DNA of 20,000 bases from an uncultured virus (IMG/VR IMGVR_UViG_2049941000_000100) (lineage: Duplodnaviria > Heunggongvirae > Uroviricota > Caudoviricetes). Position numbers and translations under genes: made by a program. Shown here piece by piece: positions 1 through 8,778 of the stretch; position 1 is the stretch's first letter; each line of letters starts with the position of its first letter. Where the stretch lies: the IMG/VR virus record IMGVR_UViG_2049941000_000100; one strand, given 5' to 3'. The notes under the pieces were generated by a model. That model saw nothing but the letters and a program-made list of their open reading frames with translations. It searched no databases and was not told where the DNA came from.

Positions 1-2
1 CA

Positions 3-89
3 ATAGATGATATACTAACTTCTGAGCAAATAGTTGAAACTATTTTTGGAAATGGAGAAATTTCTGAGCAGTCGGAGGAAGAAGAATGA
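3..89 (+). CDS. 3' end of upstream gene (partial), hypothetical protein
   Basis: Open frame IDDILTSEQIVETIFGNGEISEQSEEEE ends at TGA 87-89, overlapping the next ATG (ATGA). Confidence 0.6.
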   Translation: MDDILTSEQIVETIFGNGEISEQSEEEE

Positions 90-500
90 TTAGATTTACT
101 AAACGATAGGCCGAAAAATATCGAGCCTTAATGAATAAAGCGGCGAATAGTTTAGACGATTCTGATGCGGCTTATGCCCCGATGCTTTTTGAAAGATGGG
201 AAGAAGGAGTTTTATATGTAGTCGGCGCGCGAGTATGTTATGACGGTAAGCTTTATAAAGTTTTAATCGAGCATACTTCTTAGAGTGATTGGACGCCCGA
301 CGTATCTCCATCCTTATTTGCAGAGGTTCTTATTCCTGACCCAACCGTTATTCCTGAGTGGGTACAACCGAGTTCTACTAATCCATATATGATGGGTGAT
401 AAAGTTCGTCATAATAATAAAATATGGATTTCTATTGCGGACTATANNNNNNNNNNAACCCGGAGTTTACGGTTGGGATGAAGTTATAGAAAATAATTAA
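86..500 (+). CDS. Phage protein with CBM5/12-like carbohydrate-binding repeats (TAG=Gln; spans a 10-N gap)
   Basis: With TAG 107 and 281 read as Q: ...YDGKLYKVLIEHTSQSDWTPDVSPSLF...PEWVQPSSTNPYMMGDKVRHNNKIWIS...PGVYGWDEV. This is a familiar phage tail-region family with the HTSQxDWxP motif. GGAGG RBS upstream; ends at TAA. Confidence 0.8.
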
Positions 501-514
501 AGGGGTAAGTAATA

Positions 515-781
515 ATGTATTATATTGTTATTGAAATTTAGAAGTCATTAATAAACAACGAAGTTAATGTCGCTTAGATAACTACTGTACATCCTACTCG
601 TAGTGAAGCAGAACAAAAATACCATACAGTATTATCTTACGCCGCAGTTTCTGGCCTTTTATCTCATTCTGCGACAATGTTGGATGAGAAGGGCTATTAT
701 ATTAAGAGTGAATGCTATGTAACTAATCCGCCCGAGCCAGAACCGGAGCCAGAACCCGAAGTAAATAATGGAAAAGAATAA
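515..781 (+). CDS. Hypothetical phage protein, 88 aa (2 in-frame TAG), with a PE-repeat tail
   Basis: AGGGG RBS, then MYYIVIEIQKS...AEQKYHTVLSYAAVS...PPEPEPEPEPEV, ending at TAA. Confidence 0.75.
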
Positions 782-784
782 AAT

Positions 785-817
785 AAAAGACTACGTATTA
801 AATACGTAGTCTTTTTT
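785..817. terminator. Bidirectional rho-independent terminator
   Basis: AAAAGACTACGTAT-TAA-ATACGTAGTCTTTTTT lies between convergent genes. Confidence 0.85.
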
Positions 818-818
818 A

Positions 819-1359
819 TTAATTATTATATTTTTTATCTTTCATAAACTCTCGTGCCTAAGCTTCTAACTATTCTAATGTTCCATTATTTGCAATAACC
901 ATATCGTATAAATCTGGATTAAAATTCTCATATTTATCCGCACTATTATCTAAACTTTCTTGCGACGCGCGCTAGATAAGTATAGCTTGTGCATTAAAAG
1001 CAGTACGGAACTTTTCTATCTCAGAAGGTTCCCTTACATCAATAAAGAAAATTAATCTATCACTATCATAATCTCTCATGTCCATCCAACGACAAATAGT
1101 TCTTATATAGTTACTTACATCTTTAAATGGATAATTATTATAGTCTATTAAAAGCTATTTTAAATCCGCTAAAAACTTGCGGTCTTTCNNNNNNNNNNTC
1201 TTTGTTTCCATCCCATCCACACTACTTTGCGATTTTTTTAACTCCGTCAATAGAAGAATAAATTCTTACATAAACGGGATTTAGCGCAAAGCAGTAGTTC
1301 TCAAAAGTAGTTTTACCACTTCCAAGTTAAGGAAGGCCATTAATTATATAGACCTTCAT
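819..1359 (-). CDS. P-loop nucleotide kinase (dNMP-kinase-like), interrupted by an in-frame TAA at codon 11
   Basis: MKVYIINGLP*LGSGKTTF...VKKIAKQCGWDGNK..KDRKFLADLKQ...FIDVREPSEIEKF...YDMVIANNGTLEQL (TAG=Q). AGGTGATG RBS upstream. Spans a 10-N gap. Confidence 0.7.
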
Positions 1360-2448
1360 TTATCATCACCTACCTTAGATATTCTAAATTTAATTTATTA
1401 TAATCAGTATATTTAATTTCTATTAAAGGAATATTATTTAACTAACAATATTCTTTTTTTAATAAATCTCTTTTGTGTAATTCTTGTAATTCTAAATCAT
1501 TGTACCATGGCGCGAGGTGCATTTTTTTATACTCATCAAAATAATGTTGTTCACCCTAATATTCTATTAAACCAATTAATTTATTTTCTGTATCAAAAAT
1601 AGCAAAATCAAAATATAATGGCAATGGAGAATCTTTAGAATAGTCTCTTAAATTAGTAAAAGAAAATTGAGTTTTAAAATTACATTTAAGCTCTTGTAAA
1701 ATGCTCTATATTTTCTATTCACCTTTCGACTTTAAACACCCACATGATTGACATAATCCACTACGTAGTGATTTAGAAGTAGTTATTTTTAAATTACCGC
1801 AATCGCATTGGCATAACCACAAAAATCTATTATCAGAGTTTTTTCCAACATAAGAAAGAACTGTTAATTTACCATATTTGTTTCCAGTTTCATCTACAAA
1901 ATTATTTTCTATCTTTTTCTATTTTGCNNNNNNNNNNNNNNNNNNNNNNNNNNNNNNNNNNNNNNNNNNNNNNNNNNNNNNNNNNNNNNNNNNNNNNNNN
2001 NNNNNNNNNNNNNNNNNNNNNNNNNNNNNNNNNNNNNNNNNNNNNNNNNNNNNNNNNNNNNNNNNNNNNNNNNNNNNNNNNNNNNNNNNNNNNNNNNNNN
2101 NNNNNNNNNNNNNNNNNNNNNNNNNNNNNNNNNNNNNNNNNNNNNNNNNNNNNNNNNGTTGTAGATAAATATATTATATTCCCACATTTACAAATACATT
2201 TCCAAATTCTTGATTTTTTCCCATCTTTTTTATTATCTTCTTTAAATAAAGAATCTATATATAAATTACCAATTTGTTGTCCAGCTAAATCTCCACCAGC
2301 GCGCGTAATATTAGACTCTTTAGCGCGTTCTCTCTACAAACATCCACATGATTTTGTATTGCCGTTGCGTAATGAAGTCCCAGAAACATCAACTTCATTA
2401 CCACAATCACATCTACAATGCCAATATGCTTGCCCTTTACGACTTTCT
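1340..2448 (-). CDS. Putative homing endonuclease with Cys-rich repeats and a C-terminal Vsr/DUF559-like nuclease domain (start uncertain, gapped)
   Basis: Repeats WHCRCDCG...SCGC and WLCQCDCG...SCGC, then SKGEQKIQSIL...FDFAIF...IEYQGEQHY...RDLLKKEYCQLNNIPLIEIKY. The frame is open only if TAG is a sense codon. Confidence 0.8.
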
Positions 2449-2520
2449 NNNNNNNNNNTATTATAAATGGGTATACTAAAATGGATACCATTTATCATAT
2501 TTTATTTTCCTGGGAGGCCA

Positions 2521-2745
2521 TTAATCAGGTATATTCTCACGTATTTCCTCCTTTTTTAAATGGACATCAAGTCTTAAAATTTCTTCGGTTTCTGCATCCC
2601 TTTCATAATCAACGCGATAGATTGTCCATTTTTTACTAAGTAATTCTAAAATTTTCTCATTTTGGATTTCTATTTCTGTAATAGTATCTTTTGGAAGATA
2701 AGTAGTATAATATAAAGTATGCCCTTTAGTTCCATTTTTCATCAT
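2521..2745 (-). CDS. Hypothetical protein, 74 aa
   Basis: ORF with GGAG RBS, packed within the - strand operon. Confidence 0.65.
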   Translation of the reverse strand: MMKNGTKGHTLYYTTYLPKDTITEIEIQNEKILELLSKKWTIYRVDYERDAETEEILRLDVHLKKEEIRENIPD

Positions 2746-2752
2746 TATATAT

Positions 2753-2980
2753 TTATCTCCTAAGTTCTACTAATTGTATACTATCTAATTTTTGTTTTAA
2801 GTGATGCGCGGCTTCTTCGTTCCAAGCATTATAGGATTCTATTGTCATTAGAGCTTCGGTTAAATCGGCTATAAGTTTATCCTAGCACTTAGGGTATAGG
2901 CGCGCCTAGTATGGACAATTATCGCAAGGCTAGTTATTATCTGTACATCGTAAACCTATATCAATTAACTTCTCATACAT
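2753..2980 (-). CDS. Small Cys-rich hypothetical protein, 75 aa (3 in-frame TAG)
   Basis: MYEKLIDIGLRCTDNNQPCDNCPYQARLYPKCQDKLIADL... fills the space between its neighbours and overlaps the RNase H 3' end. Confidence 0.7.
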
Positions 2981-3441
2981 TCGGCGGCACCTCGTTTTGC
3001 GAGTTTATCTACTAATTCATTTTGTTCAATTCCTTGATGACCGGCGCATTTAATAAACATAATATCGAAGTCGTCGAAATATGGAATTAAAATTTCCCAT
3101 AAATCTTTATTAGCAACGGGCTTTTTACTACTATTTACCCATCCGTTATTCTTCCAATTTTTATACCAGCCTTCATTATAGCAGTTTATAAGATATGCGC
3201 TGTCGCTAATTATATGAATACATTTCGTTTTTCCGTAGAAGGCGCGCGCCGCTTCAATTCCTTTAATAGCGGCCATAAGTTCCATTCGATTATTAGTAGT
3301 TCCGGCTTCTCCACCATAACCACTCACAACGGCACCTTCTAAATCAAGAAACATATAGGCCCATCCACCGCGCGCCTTAGATGTCCCATTTGCGCTCGTC
3401 GCACCATCAGTATAAACTTCAATAAAATCTTTCTTACTCAT
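2965..3441 (-). CDS. rnhA: Ribonuclease HI
   Basis: Motifs VYTDGA, GGWAY, TTNNRMELMA, SDSAY, WKNNGW...KPVANKDLW, AGH and NELVDKLAK. Confidence 0.95.
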   Translation of the reverse strand: MSKKDFIEVYTDGATSANGTSKARGGWAYMFLDLEGAVVSGYGGEAGTTNNRMELMAAIKGIEAARAFYGKTKCIHIISDSAYLINCYNEGWYKNWKNNGWVNSSKKPVANKDLWEILIPYFDDFDIMFIKCAGHQGIEQNELVDKLAKRGAAECMRS

Positions 3442-3768
3442 TTATATATTCCCAAACTTCTTTCCAAATTTCGTGCGGCGCGCCCTGTGCGTCTGATATA
3501 TCATCTAACCACTCATTTACATGACGACCACTTTCATTATTACGCATACGACCAAATAATTTATTTTTAAATAAAGAGTTATATTCTCTTAAAATATGAA
3601 TATATTGCCATAACCCACAATCTAATACTACTTTGGTTTGATGCATCTGACTTACTGTAATTGCCATTTTTATACATATCTTAGACTCAATATTATCTGC
3701 GACACCTGTAATATAAATATTATTATTATGCCGCTGCGCTTCTCCCCACATATTAATATATAATATAT
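3434..3768 (-). CDS. Hypothetical protein (5' end in or near a gap)
   Basis: Open frame ending ...EIWKEVWEYINE, overlapping the rnhA start. The part of the listed ORF beyond the gap is antisense to the lysin. Confidence 0.55.
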
Positions 3769-3779
3769 NNNNNNNNNNT

Positions 3780-4730
3780 GGGCCAGACGTTTTATATATA
3801 AAAAAGTAGTTATTCGCGCTTGGGATGTACGACAGTAAAATAAAACGCATTATAAGTAATAAATTTCGTGTAGATAGTGTAAATGCTACTAAAAATTTTT
3901 AGAATACTTATGATAGTATAAATGAAGGTCCTTTAGAAGTTACTGGGACTATATATGAAGCGTGCTGGGATGCGATTGAAGCCGCGGTAAGAGGCGAAAT
4001 AAAACCAAAAGATGACCCGACACCGTCTCCAGAGCCAACTCCAGAACCGACTCCTACTCCTACTCCTACGCCTAGTGGTCTTTTAGATTCTTATACTTGG
4101 ATTACTCCTTCTAAGCGAAAAGTAATAGAATAGGACTTACTAGAAACTTGTGAAATGCGGCGTAATATATGTCTTGAAATACTTAAATATGCGTTTGACC
4201 CAGATTTACGTGCTGGGAATGATGTAAGAGCTTTATATATGTGGGGCGGCAATTTATATAATACCGATTTAAAACTTAATATTGCGACTAAAGCTAAGAT
4301 AGAAGTTGGTGCGAAGCGCTATCCAGACAAATATAATGGCGGGCGAAAAGAATGGATGTTAAGTGAGGTAGAAAAAAATCCAAATTTAGCTGCTTCTGAT
4401 TGTAGTGGAATGGAAGTAGGTTGGCTTCGTAAGTTTAAATTAACTAGTAATAAATTTGACTAGAACGCAAATAGCTTGGGTAGTACTTAGTTTTCAGCTA
4501 AATGTAGTAAAGAGGAAGCTTAGCCAGGTACATTCGCGCATAGAGACGGCCATTTAGGGACTTACGTCGGCGGCGGATATATTGTTGAGTTCGTGGGCGG
4601 CGCATATGGATGTTAGTTAACTGCGCGCGACAAGCGTAAAGTATGGAATTTCGTTGAAGGTAGAACTTAGACGATGAGTGCGTGGCAAGATTATTGGAAT
4701 TTTAAGGAGCTTTTAAAGTATGACAGTTAA
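3780..4730 (+). CDS. Endolysin/peptidoglycan hydrolase: PG-binding domain, Pro/Thr linker, NlpC/P60 peptidase (start in gap; 8 in-frame TAG)
   Basis: GPDVLYIKKQLFALGMY (PG-binding-1-like), PTPSPEPTPEPTPTPTPTP linker, YMWGG, SDCSG (catalytic Cys), DGHLGTYVGGG (catalytic His). TAG at 3807, 3900, 4131, 4461, 4488, 4521, 4614 and 4668. Confidence 0.85.
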
Positions 4731-5073
4731 AGACGATTTCATTAAAAAAGTTTTAATTTGTATGTTTGTCTTTCTTACAATTTTTACTATCGGAATGATA
4801 ATTATTTTCCTTTAGACTGGAAGTACTCCTGATACTTTGATTGTAGCAGTTTTTGGTGCTTGCATGGGAGAATATTCTATCTGCGGTATTATTAAGAGGA
4901 CAAAAGAGAAAGAAAAGACTGAAAGGATGAAGGAAGGGTTTGTAGAAGACCCGGAGAAATACTTCGAAGATGAAGTAGAAGAAACTGATGTAGGCGGCAC
5001 AGTATTTGAGCCATTAAGTTCGTACTTAAGTACTGCGCATGAAGAAGATATAGAATAGGAGGCTATTGATTAA
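4720..5073 (+). CDS. Two-TM membrane protein, holin-like (2 in-frame TAG)
   Basis: AAGGAG RBS; MTVKDDFIKKVLICMFVFLTIFTIGMIIIFLQTGSTPDTLIVAVFGACMGEY.... Read-through ends at a TAA overlapping the next ATG (TAATG). Confidence 0.7.
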
Positions 5074-5501
5074 TGGATACTGAATTTTTGTATGATTTAT
5101 TTGTACAGTTTGCTCCTCAGATTATTGAACTTATAATTCTTGTAGTTGGTATTTTAATTGTAAATGGACTTCGTAAACAAGGTGCAAATAAAGAACAAAT
5201 TGCTTTAGTGGAGGAAGCTTATGCGATTCTTTCGAGGGCGGCGCGCACAACTAACCAAGTATGGGTAGAGGCCATTAAAGAGGCCGGCGGGAAACTTTCT
5301 GAAGAGGAGGCAGCTAAGGCCAGAGCAGATACAATTAGGGTATTTAAAGAAATGATTACTGAATCTATGGTATTTGCTATTGAGAAGCTTTATGGGTCCG
5401 TTGATAAGTGGATTGAACTGAACCTTGAGAGCGCGGTTAATGAAGTTAAAGATGTTTTTCTTGTAGCGGAAGACTATGAGATAGAAGAAGAGGGAGAATA
5501 A
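5073..5501 (+). CDS. Putative holin (one N-terminal TM plus a helical soluble domain, LL-H-like)
   Basis: AGGAGG RBS; TM segment IIELIILVVGILIV; C-terminal IELNLESAVNEVK; adjacent to the lysin. Confidence 0.65.
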   Translation: MDTEFLYDLFVQFAPQIIELIILVVGILIVNGLRKQGANKEQIALVEEAYAILSRAARTTNQVWVEAIKEAGGKLSEEEAAKARADTIRVFKEMITESMVFAIEKLYGSVDKWIELNLESAVNEVKDVFLVAEDYEIEEEGE

Positions 5502-5643
5502 ATTTTAAGGTTTTTAAAACTTGAAAATTTTATAAAATTATAGTATTTGCGTGCGGGCGCGCGTATATTNNNNNNNNNNAAAGTTAGATTTTAACTTTCT
5601 CTTTTTTTATCTTAAATCAAATTTTAAAAATTTATTTTTAATT

Positions 5644-5672
5644 TTGAAAAGCTTTAAAATTTATGCTATAAT
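5644..5672 (+). promoter_or_regulatory. Sigma-A/70 promoter with extended -10
   Basis: TTGAAA-N17-TATAAT with TGn. Confidence 0.8.
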
Positions 5673-5688
5673 TATTATAGAATAAAAA

Positions 5689-5734
5689 AAGATATTTACG
5701 GCAAATATTTATGGCGCAAATAAAAAATATCTTG
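5689..5734 (+). promoter_or_regulatory. 5' leader element of the CAGCAAAU-helix family (copy A)
   Basis: AAGATATTT-ACGGCAAAT...AAATATCTT-G, ending just before the AAGGAG RBS of the Ro60-like gene. Confidence 0.6.
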
Positions 5735-5748
5735 TAGAAGGAGAATTT

Positions 5749-7236
5749 ATGAATAAGTTTACGAATGCGATTAAAGAAACTACTTCCCAGAAGCTGACGG
5801 AGAATGGAGCCTTTGCGTATAATACTACGGAAAGTGACCTTTTGGATTTGTTTGCGGAGATTGGTGCGTTGCGCCCGAGAACTGAGGCGGAAATTACTGA
5901 AAAGTTCGAGAGAGCTTTTAAGGAAGATGCGACTCTCGCTATGCGTATGGCTTTCTATGCGCGTGACGTAAGATTCGGCGGACTCGGTGAGCGCCGGACG
6001 TTCCGTATTATCCTTAAGTGGATTTGCGAAAATTATCCGGAACTTGCTACGGCTAATATTCCGAATATTACTACTTTCGGTCGTTTCGATGACCTCTATA
6101 CTTATGTTGGTACAGAGGCAGAAGAGGCTATGTGGAAGTATATGTATACGACTCTTACAAATGACTATGAGCGTATGCTTGAGGGTAAGCCGATTTCTCT
6201 TCTTGCTAAGTGGCTGAAGTCCATTAATACCTCTAGCCGTGAATCTCGTAAGCTCGCTCGCCTTACGCTTAAGAACCTCGGCTTCCATAACGAACGCCAT
6301 TATCGTAAGGTTTTGGCTCGTATGAGGGATTACCTTAATGTAGTTGAAAATCGTATGAGCGCGCAGGAGTGGGATAAGATTAACTATTCTCAGGTTCCGG
6401 CTTATGCGATTAAGAACTATGGTAGCGCTTTTGCAAAGCATGATTACGAGCGGTGGAACCAGTACCTTAAGGACTTGCAGAAGGGTACTACTAAGGTTAA
6501 TGCGAGTACTTTGTATCCGTATGATTTGGTTCACCAGTATATGGATAAGTACTATGGTGATAGCTATGGTCCTAATACTCTTACCGAAGCCCAGTGGAAG
6601 GCTCTACCGGATTATGTGGGTGATGGTGCTAATGTAATGGTTATGGCTGATGTTAGCGGTTCGATGATGGGGCGTCCGATGGAAACTTCGATTGGTCTTG
6701 CGGCGTACTTCGCGCAGCGTAACCATGGTCCGTTTGCGGGTCTTTTCCTTACGTTTACCGACATTCCTCGGTACATCCATGTGCGGAGTGATGATAAGCT
6801 CTATACTATGATTAATAAGATTCGTCAGAACGTCGGTTATAATACCAATTTGGATAAGGCTTTTAATCTTATTTTGGATACGGCTCTTAATAATCACGTT
6901 CCTCAAGAGGACTTACCTCGCGCGCTTGTAGTTGTCTCTGATATGGAGATTGACTCCTATGTGAGATACCATGGGTTAGATTTCGTTAAGACTTGGAGAG
7001 AGCGGTTTAAGGCGTATGGGTATGAGCTTCCTCAGCTTGTACTCTGGAATGTGGAGGCGCGCAACGATACGTTCCTTACGAAGATGGCGACTAAGGGAGT
7101 TACTTTCCTTTCTGGTCAGAGTGCATCTACGTTCAGAAGCCTTATCGATACGTTGAACTGTAAGAGTGCGTATGAGGCAATGGTGAAGGTTCTTATGAAC
7201 CCCGCCTATGACGTAGTAGTTACTAAGGTAGCATAA
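5749..7236 (+). CDS. Ro60/TROVE-like RNA-binding protein (DUF2828 family with C-terminal vWA domain)
   Basis: N-terminal TENGAFAY..LLDLF, FYARDVRFGGLGER, FGRFDDL, SLLAKWL, LYPYDLV; vWA MIDAS MADVSGSM...NTN...SDMEID, LVLWNV. No TAG codons. Confidence 0.85.
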   Translation: MNKFTNAIKETTSQKLTENGAFAYNTTESDLLDLFAEIGALRPRTEAEITEKFERAFKEDATLAMRMAFYARDVRFGGLGERRTFRIILKWICENYPELATANIPNITTFGRFDDLYTYVGTEAEEAMWKYMYTTLTNDYERMLEGKPISLLAKWLKSINTSSRESRKLARLTLKNLGFHNERHYRKVLARMRDYLNVVENRMSAQEWDKINYSQVPAYAIKNYGSAFAKHDYERWNQYLKDLQKGTTKVNASTLYPYDLVHQYMDKYYGDSYGPNTLTEAQWKALPDYVGDGANVMVMADVSGSMMGRPMETSIGLAAYFAQRNHGPFAGLFLTFTDIPRYIHVRSDDKLYTMINKIRQNVGYNTNLDKAFNLILDTALNNHVPQEDLPRALVVVSDMEIDSYVRYHGLDFVKTWRERFKAYGYELPQLVLWNVEARNDTFLTKMATKGVTFLSGQSASTFRSLIDTLNCKSAYEAMVKVLMNPAYDVVVTKVA

Positions 7237-7241
7237 GTTAT

Positions 7242-7439
7242 ATGAAAAATCTTATTGTTCTCCATGAAGATTTTGGTAAAGAGGAGCCAATAACTTTATA
7301 TATTGACCCCTCTTTTGTAACTTATGTAAGAAAGGCTATTTTAAACGATAATACTTATATTCATTTTTCGGATGGCCATTCAATAACAGTAACGGAAAAT
7401 ATTAATTACGTTTATCAAAAAATTTGGGAAATTAATTAA
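7242..7439 (+). CDS. Small protein resembling the FlbD family
   Basis: LYIDPSFVTYVR...TYIHFSDGHSITVTENINYVYQKI resembles the FlbD pattern, by eye only. Confidence 0.55.
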   Translation: MKNLIVLHEDFGKEEPITLYIDPSFVTYVRKAILNDNTYIHFSDGHSITVTENINYVYQKIWEIN

Positions 7440-7440
7440 T

Positions 7441-7605
7441 ATGGAAGATAAGTCTTATACTTTTTCTAATTGGGAACGAAAATTTATTAGAGATATGGTT
7501 AATTATTTAAGGAAAAATGGAGTCCTTATTTATGACGAAAGTAATCGATATAGGGGCGCGGAGGCTATTTTGGCGGAAGTGCGCGCGAAATTTGAAAATT
7601 CTTAA
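7441..7605 (+). CDS. Hypothetical protein, 54 aa
   Basis: MEDKSYTFSNWERKFIRDMVNYLRKNGVLIY...KFENS starts 1 nt after the previous stop. Confidence 0.55.
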   Translation: MEDKSYTFSNWERKFIRDMVNYLRKNGVLIYDESNRYRGAEAILAEVRAKFENS

Positions 7606-7627
7606 ATTTTATGATANNNNNNNNNNT

Positions 7628-7900
7628 AGTTTCGATGGATTGTCCCTTGCGGAGCAGGATAGACTTTATAGAGTCCTTGGAAGTGTTCTTTCCCAGGATT
7701 TGAAAGACCATATGAATATTAAGGTTACGGATTTGATTGGTGGCATGCATGATATTTTTTCTAATAAAGGTGTGCGGCCAGATGGTATTATTTGTGATAA
7801 TTGTCCGTATGTAGATTGCGCGGACTGTAAACTTTGGAAGAAAGTAGTAGAACTAAATAAAGAGAAAGAAGAGAAGGAGAAGAATAGTTCTAATGGATAA
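7628..7900 (+). CDS. Hypothetical Cys-motif protein (start in gap)
   Basis: Post-gap frame contains CDNCPYVDCADC and overlaps the next start. Confidence 0.6.
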   Translation, partial: SFDGLSLAEQDRLYRVLGSVLSQDLKDHMNIKVTDLIGGMHDIFSNKGVRPDGIICDNCPYVDCADCKLWKKVVELNKEKEEKEKNSSNG

Positions 7901-8399
7901 TAGTTCTTATCGTTATAATGTTGACCCTGAGAAGGGTGTTACGGCTTGTATCGTAAAGCATAGAGACTTTGAAGAACTCGTTGAGGATTATGCGCTAAAT
8001 AAGGTTTTTCGTATTATTGCGAATAATAAGGCGCGCCGTATTGGTTTGAATAACTTGGCACATAGTGTACTTAATAATTATGTTAAGCCTGCTATTGAGA
8101 AGGCCATTGGTGGCGGTGACGCGCATACTCTTGCTCGTTGCAATTATGAGAAGGAAGAGGTTTTTGATGAAGAGTATGGTATGCTGTTGGCGGCCCGTCG
8201 TATGGATTTGCTGGTTGCTCGGACGGCATTGAGCGTACTGGATACGTGGCTTCAGGATATTGAGTTTATTGAAACCGCTATTGGTGAGCGTGGATATAAT
8301 ATTGAGAATTATATGTTCGCGCTGAAGCGAGATTTGAAGGAACTTACTATGGACCCCGTAGAAGAAGAAGTTTCTGATTGCGGAAGTTGTGAGATTTAA
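7893..8399 (+). CDS. Hypothetical phage protein, 168 aa
   Basis: Long ORF with AAGGAG RBS; contains ARC...FDEEYGMLLA, a motif seen in phage proteins. Confidence 0.8.
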   Translation: MDNSSYRYNVDPEKGVTACIVKHRDFEELVEDYALNKVFRIIANNKARRIGLNNLAHSVLNNYVKPAIEKAIGGGDAHTLARCNYEKEEVFDEEYGMLLAARRMDLLVARTALSVLDTWLQDIEFIETAIGERGYNIENYMFALKRDLKELTMDPVEEEVSDCGSCEI

Positions 8400-8442
8400 A
8401 TAAAATTTTAGAGCGGCCGCCCTCTAAGTAGGCGGCATATAT

Positions 8443-8577
8443 GGGGGCGTGGTGGAATCGGCAGACACAACGGACTTAACGGTATGAGGCAAACCGTAGT
8501 AGGGTTATCACCTACCATATCGACCAAATCCGTTTTGCTTTACGCGAGTGTGGGTTCAAGTCCCACCGCCCCTACCA
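8443..8577 (+). tRNA. tRNA-Leu(TAA) with a 47-nt insert in the anticodon loop
   Basis: Acceptor GGGGGCG/CGCCCCT-A-CCA, stem ACGGA/TCCGT, long variable arm, GTTCAA T-loop. Removing 8480-8526 (or 8479-8525) restores the loop CT-TAA-AA. Confidence 0.85.
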
Positions 8578-8778
8578 TTTAATTTGGATACGCATAGGCT
8601 TGGGTAAGAGGACCCTATAAGTAGTTGATAGTGGAACAATAACCTATACGTAATATCACTAGTTCGAATTTTAAAATTCGTACCATTTTTTTATATTCGT
8701 ATTATAATTAATTTACNNNNNNNNNNNNNNNNNNNNNNNNNNNNNNNNNNNNNNNNNNNNNNNNNNNNNNNNNNNNAA

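Noticed and set aside
1878..2466. ORFs made mostly of X here and at 15047-15408
   Set aside because: Artefacts of N gaps.
4018..4075. Short tandem repeats (also 730-760)
   Set aside because: They encode Pro/Thr and Pro/Glu linkers.
86..4730. Pseudogene calls for TAG-interrupted genes
   Set aside because: The interruptions are systematically TAG at Gln-compatible sites, which indicates recoding.
5638..6906. ORFs 5638-6534(-), 5987-6217, 6404-6637 and 6604-6906(-)
   Set aside because: They are shadow frames of the Ro60-like gene, which has the RBS, promoter and family motifs.
7517..7627. N-terminal part of ORF 7517-7900
   Set aside because: It is joined across a 10-N gap, overlaps the better ORF 7441-7605, and overlaps a probable promoter (TTGAAA at 7592).
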